Source: Planctomycetota bacterium (lineage in GTDB: Bacteria > Planctomycetota > UBA1135 > UBA2386). Taken from it: DNA of 64,000 bases. Below, one piece after another: positions 30,648 to 39,923 of this stretch. The translations under genes and the position numbers were made by a program. How positions within the stretch are numbered: the stretch's first letter is position 1; the number at the start of each line of letters is the position of its first letter. The DNA lies in assembly GCA_965223545.1 (NCBI GenBank), contig OZ245006.1, positions 2,432,001 through 2,496,000 of the forward strand, written 5' to 3'. Under the pieces are notes generated by a model, which did not search any database, had not been told where the DNA came from, and saw only the letters and a program-made list of their open reading frames with translations.

Positions 30648-33170
30648 ATGACCGACGCACGCTGGGAACGGGTCAAACACATCGTCGGGCAAGCTCTCGA
30701 GCTGGTCGAGTCCGAGCGCCCGCGCTTCATCGCGGAAGCGTGCGGCGCCGACGCCGAACTGCTGCGCGAAGTCCAGGAACTGGTGTCGATGGCACAGGTC
30801 GACGACAGTTTCTTGGACTCGCCAGTCGCGATCCAGCGCGACGCGGTGCCGCATCGCCTCGGCGACTTCGACCTCCTCTCCGAGATCGGCCGCGGCGGCA
30901 TGGGGGTGGTGTATCGAGCCTACCAGCGCGACCTGCAACGCACCGTTGCGCTCAAGGTGATCTCCGCGACGCCGGGGGCCGGAAGCTACGACGTCGAGCG
31001 GTTCGCGCACGAAGCCCGAGCGATCGCCAAGCTCGACCACCCGTCGATCGTCAAGGTGCTGACGACCGGATCGGTCGGCGACATTCACTACTTCGCGATG
31101 GAGCTGGTCGACGGCCACGACCTCGCCGAAGAGCTCTCCCGGCAGCGCGAGCTGACTCCGGCCACCGCCTCGCCACAGCTGCCCACCCCGGGGGCAGCCG
31201 GTCACGTCCGCGGAATCGCCGAAATCGTCCGCGACGTGGCGCGCGCCCTGCATCACGCCCACAGCCACAACGTCGTCCACCGCGACGTCAAACCGAAGAA
31301 CTTGATCCTCCGCCGCGACGGCGTCGTCCAGCTCGTGGACTTCGGCCTCGCCCGCGGGCCGCACCTCGGCAACGTCACTGCCACCGGCGAAATCGCCGGC
31401 ACCGCCTACTACATGAGCCCGGAACAGGCGCGGGTCTCCGAGGCGCGCGTCGACCACCGCACCGACGTGTACTCCACCGGCGTCGTGCTGTACGAGCTGC
31501 TCACGCACCACCGCCCGTTCGAGGGCGAAACCTCGTTCGAGGTCATCGGCAAGATCCAGCGCCACCAGCCCCGGCCGATCCGCAACCACAACCCCAGCGT
31601 GCCCCGCGATCTGGCGGTGATCTGCGCCAAGGCGATGGCGCAGCGACCGCAGGATCGATACGCCACCGCGGCCGAGCTGGCGGACGATCTCGACCGCTTC
31701 TTGAACCACGAGTCGATCCACGCGCAACCGACGCCGTGGGCGACGCGCGCCTGGCTGTGGTGTCGGCGCAACCGCGGCCGGCTGGTGACCGCGGCGGCAT
31801 TGTTGTTGGCCGTTGCCGGCGGGGTGTGGTGGGCAGGGGAGCGTGACCGACGGGCGCGCGTCGCAAATGCCGAGGAAATCGTGTCGGAACAGCTGAAACA
31901 CGACGATTGGCAGACCCTGTCCGCGGACCGTTTGCGCGCCGGTCGCTCGAGCATCGACATTCTCGGTTCTTTGTCACCAGAGTCCGCTGCGTTGCGAGAG
32001 GCGAAGTCGAGGATCGACCTCATTCGTGACCCTTGGCTGACGCAGGCAAACACGCTGCTGCGGGACGTCGGAGCCGCGGACAACCTCAACTCACCGTACC
32101 AACCAGGGATCGTCGACGCCGTGCTCCAGCTGCAGCGAACCGCGGCTCTGTTCCCAGAGGAGCTGGATCTCTCCGAGACTCTCACGGCCTTCGGGCTGCC
32201 GCGAGTCTCCGTTCGGGTTGCGACAGCGGACGGTACACCCGCCGGGGGCCGAGTTTCCGTGCGCACGCTCGATCCGATCACTGGCACCGCAAAGCCACCC
32301 CGGGTTCTCGGCACACTCCCACTCGACCGCTGTCCAATCGACGCGGGCCACCACCGCTTCGTCGTCGAGATCGATGACGAGACGACGCGCGAGTTCGATC
32401 GCGTGGTCCGGTCGGGCCGTCACTTCTACAGCATCGCCGCGCGCGTGCGGTCAGAGCCTCTGACCAACGAAGGCATGGTGCTGATCCGGGGTGGCGAGCT
32501 GGCACAGCGCGATGCCAAGTCGCGGTCCTGCCTTAACCACCGCGAGGTGCCGGTCGCCGACTTTTGGCTCGACCGTTTCGAAGTCTCCAACGCGGACTAC
32601 GCTCGGTTTCTGAGCGAGACCGGTCGCACGCCGCCCGACTACTGGCATCTGATCGACCTCGATCGCCACGGGAAGTTGCCCGTCGTCGACGTCGGCTGGA
32701 ATGATGCGGTCGCGTACGCGGAGTGGGCTGGCAAGCGGCTGCCAACCCACGCCGAGTGGATGTGGGCGGCGCGCGGCCCCGAGCCTCGGGCGACTCCCTG
32801 GGGCGGACCCGAGACCGAGTACCGCGGAGTCACTCGCAAACCGCTGCGCGAGCCGCCGGCCGACGACGACTTCTTTCGCGTCTATCTGGAGAGCGCCGAA
32901 GCAGTCGACACCCACCCCGACGCCGCCACGCCCGACGGCATCTTCCACCTGATGGGCAACGTGTCGGAGTGGACCGGCAGCACCGGGTTCGCACAGGCAG
33001 AAGACGGATCCATCTGGCCGCGCGTCGACGACATCATCGTCGTCGGCGGTTGCTGGCACATGCAAGAGGCGCGCAACGGCAAGCTGTACCAGATCGGCAT
33101 GTTCGGCGCCGAGAAGTCATTCCGCAGTCCAACCCGTGGTTTTCGCTGCGCTCGCAGCGCCACACCCTAG
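30648..33170 (+). CDS. Ser/Thr protein kinase with TM segment and C-terminal FGE-sulfatase (SUMF1-like) domain
   Basis: IGRGGMGVVY, HRDVKPKN, DFG, YMSPEQ; TM segment; FEVSNADY, RLPTHAEW, MGNVSEW, GFRCAR. Confidence 0.93.
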   Translation: MTDARWERVKHIVGQALELVESERPRFIAEACGADAELLREVQELVSMAQVDDSFLDSPVAIQRDAVPHRLGDFDLLSEIGRGGMGVVYRAYQRDLQRTVALKVISATPGAGSYDVERFAHEARAIAKLDHPSIVKVLTTGSVGDIHYFAMELVDGHDLAEELSRQRELTPATASPQLPTPGAAGHVRGIAEIVRDVARALHHAHSHNVVHRDVKPKNLILRRDGVVQLVDFGLARGPHLGNVTATGEIAGTAYYMSPEQARVSEARVDHRTDVYSTGVVLYELLTHHRPFEGETSFEVIGKIQRHQPRPIRNHNPSVPRDLAVICAKAMAQRPQDRYATAAELADDLDRFLNHESIHAQPTPWATRAWLWCRRNRGRLVTAAALLLAVAGGVWWAGERDRRARVANAEEIVSEQLKHDDWQTLSADRLRAGRSSIDILGSLSPESAALREAKSRIDLIRDPWLTQANTLLRDVGAADNLNSPYQPGIVDAVLQLQRTAALFPEELDLSETLTAFGLPRVSVRVATADGTPAGGRVSVRTLDPITGTAKPPRVLGTLPLDRCPIDAGHHRFVVEIDDETTREFDRVVRSGRHFYSIAARVRSEPLTNEGMVLIRGGELAQRDAKSRSCLNHREVPVADFWLDRFEVSNADYARFLSETGRTPPDYWHLIDLDRHGKLPVVDVGWNDAVAYAEWAGKRLPTHAEWMWAARGPEPRATPWGGPETEYRGVTRKPLREPPADDDFFRVYLESAEAVDTHPDAATPDGIFHLMGNVSEWTGSTGFAQAEDGSIWPRVDDIIVVGGCWHMQEARNGKLYQIGMFGAEKSFRSPTRGFRCARSATP

Positions 33171-33202
33171 TCCAGAGTCCCCGTCCCGAGAGAGGAGATC
33201 TC

Positions 33203-33565
33203 ATGTTCAAGCCTCGCGTGTCCGTCCGCATCCTCAAGACCTTCCTCAACGACTACGAGACCGGCACCAGCTTCGACTGGCACGACGCGATCATCGAGTG
33301 TGTCAGAGCGCTCGGAATGGACACGTACGACGACGCGCAACAACCGGAAGAGCTGAGAAAGGACATGGTGCACAATGGCACGAAGCGCATCCTGGACGTC
33401 CTGGGGTCTCCATCCATGACCGGCTGGCGTCTCACCGCGGTCAACCCGACCTGGGACAATGGGGAGAGGTGGCGCGACGACTTTGTCGGCGTGGTGTTTC
33501 GCATCGAGAAGCCAGAAGTCCAAGACGTCATCTATCTCGGAGTTGGCCAGATTGAACCATCCTGA
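33203..33565 (+). CDS. Hypothetical protein
   Basis: Strong RBS (GAGGAG), 120-aa ORF with protein-like composition, co-oriented with the kinase. Confidence 0.65.
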   Translation: MFKPRVSVRILKTFLNDYETGTSFDWHDAIIECVRALGMDTYDDAQQPEELRKDMVHNGTKRILDVLGSPSMTGWRLTAVNPTWDNGERWRDDFVGVVFRIEKPEVQDVIYLGVGQIEPS

Positions 33566-33606
33566 TCTCGCAAGCCCATCGAATCCAAGCCCCATTGGAG
33601 AAGACG

Positions 33607-34527
33607 ATGCCCGACATCATCGATCAGTGGTGCCGCTACATCGACGAGTTGCCCACCGGAACGGAAGAAGAAGTCGCCATCAAGCGACGCAGCCTGTTCT
33701 TTCACAGCATCGAAATCGAAGTCCATCCGGCGCAGACCCAGTACTCCGAGTTTCGAGCACCCGCGGAAGCTCTGCGCGTGCGACTGTCCGCACGCATGAA
33801 GCAGCGCGCCGTGGCGATCCGCTGCGGTCGCAGTCTCGGGTCGACACCGGAGGAGAAGCAACGACTCGATGCCGAGAACAACGGAGTCCGGGAGCCGGCG
33901 ACAAAGATCTCGAACTGGCTCGTCACCCTGATCAACAAACATCTCGTCGTGGGCCAGAAGCCGCCGGGAGAGGCCCTCGCCGATGCCTTCGACGCATTCG
34001 CCCTCGGCAAGCTGCGCTGGAGAAACTCCGAGTACGGCGTCCCTGATTCCAGCCAAGTCCTGCTGTTCGCCGAGATGGCGATCCTGTTTCGACAGCTCGG
34101 GCTGACGCCCGACATCTGGCGATCTTCACTGCACAGCTTCGTCCGTGGTGCCGAGGTGTTTGCCGAGATCGGCTGGGATGGCGGTCCACGCAGGGATTCC
34201 AGCTACAACGCGTGGGGCTACGCGCGACAGTTCAGCGACGCGCGATTCCGCAAACTGCGTAGTAGCTACCCGCCGGTACCGGCCAATTCCGACCGCGACC
34301 TCGAATCGCTCGAGTATCGCTACGGGGCACTGGCACTGTGGATGTTGCGCGATCAGCTTCAGGCATACCCGGGCTCGGCCAGTCGCCCCGATGGCCCCCC
34401 GCCATCCTCGTCCCCCAACACGTCAGCCACGAGCTCAGGAGATCTGACGAGCGCCGGAGAACCCCAGAATGTCGTGGCACCGCAGGCCCCGCCAAAGGGC
34501 AAGTGGCTCAAGGGTTCCCGCGCGTAA
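33607..34527 (+). CDS. Hypothetical protein
   Basis: GGAG RBS, 306-aa ORF with protein-like composition, no recognised motif. Confidence 0.65.
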   Translation: MPDIIDQWCRYIDELPTGTEEEVAIKRRSLFFHSIEIEVHPAQTQYSEFRAPAEALRVRLSARMKQRAVAIRCGRSLGSTPEEKQRLDAENNGVREPATKISNWLVTLINKHLVVGQKPPGEALADAFDAFALGKLRWRNSEYGVPDSSQVLLFAEMAILFRQLGLTPDIWRSSLHSFVRGAEVFAEIGWDGGPRRDSSYNAWGYARQFSDARFRKLRSSYPPVPANSDRDLESLEYRYGALALWMLRDQLQAYPGSASRPDGPPPSSSPNTSATSSGDLTSAGEPQNVVAPQAPPKGKWLKGSRA

Positions 34528-34539
34528 TCCGCGACCCCA

Positions 34540-36333
34540 CTACTTCGAACGCTGGTCGACCAGCTCGAGCAGCACCTGCAGCTTGACGAAGTCGACCTCT
34601 CGGATCTGGACCTGGATGGCGTAGCCCTCGGTGAACGAGTAGAGCCGGCCGCCGGCGGAGAGCTGGAGCGTCGGTCCCTTGACCTTCGGCCGCTCGCCGA
34701 TCGAACGCGACGGCAAGAACCCGCTGATGTTGAACTCGGGCAGGTGCACCTCCAAACCGAAGTTGGAGACGCGGCGGATCTTGGCGCGGTGCACCTCGCC
34801 GATGTGCGGCGCCATCAGCTGACACACCTTGAGATCGAACATCGCCTGCTCGGCCATCTCGGCGACATCGGCCTGCACCGAGCTGTGCATGGCCTGCTCG
34901 TTGAGCGCCTGCACCAACTGCTCGCTCTGCAGCTCCTCGGCCGCGGCGGCCCCCTGGCTCTCGACCGCCCACAGCCAGCGGTGCACGACGAGATCGGGGT
35001 AGCGGCGGATCGGCGAGGTGAAGTGCAGGTAGGCCTCCCGCGCCAGGCCGAAATGCCGGGCGACGTCTTCGTGGTCCCGCACCTCGTACACCGCGCGCTC
35101 GATCAGCCCCATGATGCGCTGGATCAGCGCCTCGGCGTTGGGCCGCGCCCGTGCCTGGCGGATCAACCGACCGATGTCCCGGCCGGTGAGCCGCTCCTTG
35201 TCCGGCACCCGAATGCCGTGGTCCAACAGCATCTTGGCCACTGCTTCCACCTCGTCGAGCGGCCGCTCGGGGTGCACGCGGTAGATCGTCGGCAGTCCAC
35301 GCCCGCGGAACAGGTCGCCGACGGCCTGGTTGGCGGCCAACGCGGTCTCCTCGATCAGGGTCTGCGAGAAGTAGCGCGGCGCATCGACGATGCGCACGAT
35401 CTCGTGCTGCGCGTCGAACTCGCATTTGCGCTCGACTGACTGCATACGCAGCGAACCGCGCGCATCCCGGATCTGCTGCTGCCGCTGCGTCCACTTGCGA
35501 AAGGCCTGCAGCGCCGGCGCCAAGTGCCGGATGGCACGGGTCTCGGCCGAGTCCACCCCGTCCAGCAGCTCTTGCACCACGCGATACGTGTTGCGCTGCA
35601 CGCTGCGGATCACGCTCTTGTGCACCCGCGCGGCGACGCGTTCGCCCTGCGGCGTGAACTCCATCACCACCGAGTAGGCCAGCCGATCACGATCCGGCAC
35701 CAGCGAGCACAGGTGGTTGGACAACGACTCCGGCAGCATCGGCACGACTTGGTCGGCGAGGTAGACGCTGGTGCCACGCGCCAACGCCTCCCGATCGAGC
35801 GCGGTGCCCGGGCGGACGTAGTGCGCGACATCGGCGATGTGCACCCCCACTTCGACGTTGCCGTTGTCGAGGGCGGCGATCCCGATCGCGTCGTCGTAAT
35901 CCTTCGCGTCGTCGCCATCGATCGTGAAAATGGTCTCTCCCCGCAAGTCGACCCGACCGGCGTAGTCGGCCGGATCCGGGTCGCGCGGCAGCCGTTCGAC
36001 CTCTCGTTCGACGTCGTCGGGGAACACCGTGCGCACCCGAAACGAGGCCAGCAGCTGCATCTCGTCCGACTCGAGGTCGCGGTAGACCTCGGGCCCGTGC
36101 GCCATCGGCCCGAACGCGGGCGGCCGCGACACGATCTGCGCGCGGACGGTGTCCCCGCCACTCTCGTCGACGTCGTCCCCGCCGGGCGCGCCGCCGTCCG
36201 CGCGCTCCAGGGTCCAGCCGCGCTCTGGCGCTGCGTCCGCCGGCGGTGGCGCTTCGCCCCGCGCGCTCTGCAGATCTTGAAAGCTGCCGAACGACCGGTT
36301 CGGCTCGTCGTTCTTTCGCTTGCGTTTCGCCAA
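34540..36333 (-). CDS. rnr: RNase II/RNase R family exoribonuclease (RNB + S1; N-terminal CSDs reduced)
   Basis: FTIDGDDAKDYDDA, VHIADVAHYV, RGTSVY, HFGLA, HFTSPIRRYPDLVVHR, C-terminal S1 domain. Confidence 0.85.
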   Translation of the reverse strand: MAKRKRKNDEPNRSFGSFQDLQSARGEAPPPADAAPERGWTLERADGGAPGGDDVDESGGDTVRAQIVSRPPAFGPMAHGPEVYRDLESDEMQLLASFRVRTVFPDDVEREVERLPRDPDPADYAGRVDLRGETIFTIDGDDAKDYDDAIGIAALDNGNVEVGVHIADVAHYVRPGTALDREALARGTSVYLADQVVPMLPESLSNHLCSLVPDRDRLAYSVVMEFTPQGERVAARVHKSVIRSVQRNTYRVVQELLDGVDSAETRAIRHLAPALQAFRKWTQRQQQIRDARGSLRMQSVERKCEFDAQHEIVRIVDAPRYFSQTLIEETALAANQAVGDLFRGRGLPTIYRVHPERPLDEVEAVAKMLLDHGIRVPDKERLTGRDIGRLIRQARARPNAEALIQRIMGLIERAVYEVRDHEDVARHFGLAREAYLHFTSPIRRYPDLVVHRWLWAVESQGAAAAEELQSEQLVQALNEQAMHSSVQADVAEMAEQAMFDLKVCQLMAPHIGEVHRAKIRRVSNFGLEVHLPEFNISGFLPSRSIGERPKVKGPTLQLSAGGRLYSFTEGYAIQVQIREVDFVKLQVLLELVDQRSK

Positions 36334-36409
36334 GTCGGCAAGCGTAGCGCTTCACCGGCGCTCGCGCTCAGGGGTCGACCGCGGTCTGGCCCAACGGTAA
36401 AGACATGCC

Positions 36410-38470
36410 GTGACACAGCCTCGTCCGCTGCCGGTGCGCAAGGCCTCACCACCGCCGCCCATCGATCTCAACCCGCGCACCGATCCGCCTCTGGACTTCC
36501 CGGACGCCGACTTCGGAGCCCTGGGCGCCGCCGACTACGACCGCCTCGGTCTACTGTGCGGGGTCGAGGTCCACCAACAGCTGGCGACCACCTCCAAGCT
36601 GTTCTGCCGCTGCCCCAGCGGCGTGGTCGGGCGCAGCGTCGACGCCGAGGTGTTGCGCCACATGCGCCCTACGCTGTCGGAGATGGGTGAGTACGACGGC
36701 ACCGCGCTGATGGAGTTCAAGACGCGCAAGCAGATCATCTATCTGCTCGACCGGCGGACGGTCTGCACCTACGAGATGGACGACACCCCGCCGTTCCCGA
36801 TCGACGAACAGGCGGTGCGGTTCGCCATCGAGATCGCGCGGCTGTTCGGCCTGGACCTGGTCTCCGAGCTGCACGTGATGCGCAAGCAGTATCTCGACGG
36901 CTCGATTCCCACCGGCTTCCAGCGAACCGGCATGGTCGGGCTATCCGGGGCGATCCCGTTCCGCGACAGCGAGCTTGCGGGCGACCGGGTGCTGCGCATC
37001 CGCCAGCTCAGTCTGGAGGAGGACTCCTGCCGCGAGGTCAGCGACATCGGCCACAGAATCACGTTTCGCACCGATCGACTCGGCATGCCACTGATCGAGA
37101 CCGTCACCGAGCCGGACCTGCTCACGCCGATGGACGCCGCCCGCGGCATCCGCTTGCTCGCCTCGGTCGCGCGCGCGAGCGGCCGCGTGCGCCGGGGTGC
37201 CGGGGCCGCCCGCCAAGACGTCAACGTCTCCATCGCCGGCAGCCGGCGCATCGAGATCAAGGGCGTGCCGAGCATCCGTCTGGTGCCGCGGCTCGTGCAC
37301 AACGAGGCCTATCGCCACCTGAACTTGTTGCGGCTGCGGGCCGCCCTGCACGACCGGGGCATCGGGCCGGACGCGTTCGCGATTCCGGACGGCGGCTGGC
37401 CCTGGGAGCAGAGCGACATGGTGGCCGAGGTGCGCGCACAGCTGCGCGGCTGCCGTCATCCCGCCGTGAGAGCGGCGATCGACCGCGGCGAGCGCGTGTG
37501 CGCGGTGCGCGTGCCGGGGTTCGAGGGGTTGATCACGCATCCAACCCAGCCGGGGCAGACCTTCGAGCAGGAGCTGGCGGAGCGCGTGCGCGTGATCGCC
37601 TGTCCGACCCACCATCCGTTCTTGGCGACCTCGGACGCCGACACGGTGCTCGGCAGCCTGGCGTGGCGCGAGCTGCGCCAGGCCTGCGGCGCCGGCGAGG
37701 GCGATGCGGTCGTGCTGGTGTGGGGGGAGCTCGCGGACGCAGCGACCGCCGCGCGCGAAGTCTTGATCCGCGCCGCGGACGCCACCGTCGGCGTGCCTTC
37801 GGAGACCCGGCAAGCCCACGCCGACGGCGGCACCGGCTTCGAGCGCATCCTGCCCGGCCCGCAGCGCATGTATCCCGACACCGACACCCCGCCGCTGCCG
37901 ATCCCGGACTCGTGGGTCGCCGCGGCCGACGCAAGCCTGGGCGAAGCACCGTGGCGACGCGAAGCGCGCTATCGCGACCTGGGCCTGGGGCCCGCGCTGG
38001 CGACTGCGGCGGCGCACGCGACGTGGGCCCCGCTGCTGGACGCCATCGCGCCTTCGGCCGACGCGATCACCACGCGGCGGCTCGCATTCGCGCTGATGAA
38101 ACGCCTGCCGCCGTGGCACCGCAGCAGGCGCGATGCGACGCAACCGACTGCGGCGCGGCTCACGCCGCTGGTCGCAGCGCTCCGCGATGGGAGCCTGTTG
38201 CCGTCGGCGTTGGAAGCGGTGCTCGACCGCGTCCTGCGCGAAGAGCAACGGCCGGTCGGCGAGATCCTCGCCGAGCACCGCCCCGGCCCGCTGCCGGCCG
38301 AGGCCGAGCTGATCCGCGCGCTGCCGGCCGAAGCCAGTCGGCGCGGTGATCCCGGCGCTCCCCTGCGGTGCGCCATGGGCCGACTGCAGCGCGGTCGCCG
38401 CCGCGGCATCATCGATCCGCTGGCGTTGCGCGCGGCGCTGATGCGGTTGACACGGGAGGCGCGCCGATGA
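36410..38470 (+). CDS. gatE: Glu-tRNA(Gln) amidotransferase subunit E (archaeal type)
   Basis: GVEVHQQL, KLFCRCP, RPTLSEMGEYD, MRKQYLDGSIPTGFQRT, LEEDSCR, DRLGMPLIE, RQDVNVSI, GAD-like insertion (VPGFEGL..QPGQTF..ELAE), LPGPQRMYPDTD. Confidence 0.9.
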   Translation: MTQPRPLPVRKASPPPPIDLNPRTDPPLDFPDADFGALGAADYDRLGLLCGVEVHQQLATTSKLFCRCPSGVVGRSVDAEVLRHMRPTLSEMGEYDGTALMEFKTRKQIIYLLDRRTVCTYEMDDTPPFPIDEQAVRFAIEIARLFGLDLVSELHVMRKQYLDGSIPTGFQRTGMVGLSGAIPFRDSELAGDRVLRIRQLSLEEDSCREVSDIGHRITFRTDRLGMPLIETVTEPDLLTPMDAARGIRLLASVARASGRVRRGAGAARQDVNVSIAGSRRIEIKGVPSIRLVPRLVHNEAYRHLNLLRLRAALHDRGIGPDAFAIPDGGWPWEQSDMVAEVRAQLRGCRHPAVRAAIDRGERVCAVRVPGFEGLITHPTQPGQTFEQELAERVRVIACPTHHPFLATSDADTVLGSLAWRELRQACGAGEGDAVVLVWGELADAATAAREVLIRAADATVGVPSETRQAHADGGTGFERILPGPQRMYPDTDTPPLPIPDSWVAAADASLGEAPWRREARYRDLGLGPALATAAAHATWAPLLDAIAPSADAITTRRLAFALMKRLPPWHRSRRDATQPTAARLTPLVAALRDGSLLPSALEAVLDRVLREEQRPVGEILAEHRPGPLPAEAELIRALPAEASRRGDPGAPLRCAMGRLQRGRRRGIIDPLALRAALMRLTREARR

Positions 38471-39858
38471 GTGCCGCGGATCCGCTGAAGGGCTACCGCC
38501 CACCGATGCGTGACCTGATGCAGCGCTTCGACGTCGGAGTCTGGTCCGAAGTCACCGTCCGCACCAGCCGCGGAACCTTCGAAGGCCTGGTCTTGCCGCG
38601 CTCGGAGACCGCCGACGCCGACCATCTCGTCCTCAAGCTCGTCAGTGGCTACAACATCGGCCTGCGCCACGACGTCATCGAGGACATGGTCGCGACCGGC
38701 TACCGCGAGGCGCTCTACAAGATCCCCGAGGAGGAGTTTCCGGTCGACCCCAGCAAGCCGAAGGTGATGCTGCTCGGCACCGGGGGCACGATCGCGTCCC
38801 GCCTCGACTACCGCACCGGCGCGGTGATCCCGGCGTTCAGCCCGGGCGAGCTCTACGGCTCGGTGCCCGAGCTCGCCGAGGTCTGCAACCTGGAGACCGA
38901 GAAGCTGTTCGGCGAGTTCTCGGAGAACATCGGTCCCCGACACTACCTGGCGCTCGCGGAGCGCATCGGCAGCGCGATCGCGGACGGCTACGACGGCGTC
39001 GTCGTCGGCCACGGCACGGACACCATGCACCACACCGCGGCCGCCCTGAGCTTCATGGTGCAGCGACCGCCGGTGCCGATCGTCATGGTCGGCAGCCAGC
39101 GCTCCTCGGACCGGCCGTCGTCGGACGCCGCGCGCAACCTCATCGCGGCGGCGCATGCCGCCGCGCACGGCGAGATCGCCGAGGTCATGGTCTGCATGTT
39201 CGGCCCGACCTCGGACCGTTACAACCTGCTCCACCGCGGCACGCGCGTGCGCAAGATGCACAGCTCGTACCGCAGCACGTTCCGCACGCTCGGCGACGTG
39301 CCGCTGGCGCGCATCGAGGACGGTGCGCTGATCCGCATCCACGACTCGGTGCGCACGCGCCGCGACGACCGTGAAGTGATCGTGCAAGCCCGCTTCGACG
39401 AACGCGTCACGCTGCAGTACTACTATCCCAACATGCAGGCCGACGTGATCGACGCACTCGTCGACCGCGGCTATCGAGGCATCGTGTTCGCCGGCACCGG
39501 CCTCGGCCACGTCAACCGCCTGGTCTACCCAGCACTCGAGCGCGCCCGCGACGCCGGCGTGCAGGTCTACATGACGCTGCAGACGCTGTGGGGGTTCGTG
39601 CAGATGCACGTCTACGAGACCGGCCGCGAGATCTTGGAGCTCGGCGTCGTCCCCTTGGCGAACATGCTGCCCGAGGTGGCGTACGTGAAGCTCGGCTGGG
39701 CGCTGGGCCTGCACCCCGACGATCCGAAGGCCGTGCGGGCGCTGATGGAGACGCCGATCGCCGGCGAGATGACCGCGCGCGAGCCGCACGACGGCTACTT
39801 GGTCTTCCAAGGCGGGACCCCGGAGATCCGCGCGCTGTTGGGCGAGATCTGGTCCTAG
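38467..39858 (+). CDS. gatD: Glu-tRNA(Gln) amidotransferase subunit D (asparaginase-like glutaminase)
   Basis: GatD-specific N-terminal domain (FEGLVLPR..HLVLKLVSGYNIG), TGGTIASRLDYRTGAV, HGTDT, GSQRSSDRPSSDA, RKMHSSYRSTF, GTGLGH, MLPEVAYVKL. ATGA overlap with gatE. Confidence 0.93.
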   Translation: MSAADPLKGYRPPMRDLMQRFDVGVWSEVTVRTSRGTFEGLVLPRSETADADHLVLKLVSGYNIGLRHDVIEDMVATGYREALYKIPEEEFPVDPSKPKVMLLGTGGTIASRLDYRTGAVIPAFSPGELYGSVPELAEVCNLETEKLFGEFSENIGPRHYLALAERIGSAIADGYDGVVVGHGTDTMHHTAAALSFMVQRPPVPIVMVGSQRSSDRPSSDAARNLIAAAHAAAHGEIAEVMVCMFGPTSDRYNLLHRGTRVRKMHSSYRSTFRTLGDVPLARIEDGALIRIHDSVRTRRDDREVIVQARFDERVTLQYYYPNMQADVIDALVDRGYRGIVFAGTGLGHVNRLVYPALERARDAGVQVYMTLQTLWGFVQMHVYETGREILELGVVPLANMLPEVAYVKLGWALGLHPDDPKAVRALMETPIAGEMTAREPHDGYLVFQGGTPEIRALLGEIWS

Positions 39859-39862
39859 AAAA

Positions 39863-39910
39863 ATCGACGGTTGTCGATATACAGCCTTGCCAATATCGAC
39901 AACCGTCGAT
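39863..39910. promoter_or_regulatory. Double palindromic operator, probably bound by the BlaI-like repressor
   Basis: ATCGACGGTTGTCGATAT (39863-39880) and its exact reverse complement ATATCGACAACCGTCGAT (39893-39910). Each box contains ATCGAC-N4-GTCGAT. The second ends 13 nt before the blaI-like ATG. Confidence 0.75.
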
Positions 39911-39923
39911 ATTCCAGGATGGG

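Noticed and set aside
24709..33170. Diversity-generating retroelement (an RT near an FGE/C-type-lectin-fold gene)
   Set aside because: The RT has group II intron motifs (YADD, domain X) and sits inside a full ribozyme. I found no template repeat matching the 3' end of the FGE domain.
36410..39858. Ordinary gatB plus L-asparaginase
   Set aside because: The GAD-like insertion, the RPTLSEMGE and DGSIPTGFQRT motifs and the GatD N-terminal domain point to GatE/GatD, and no gatA or gatC is adjacent
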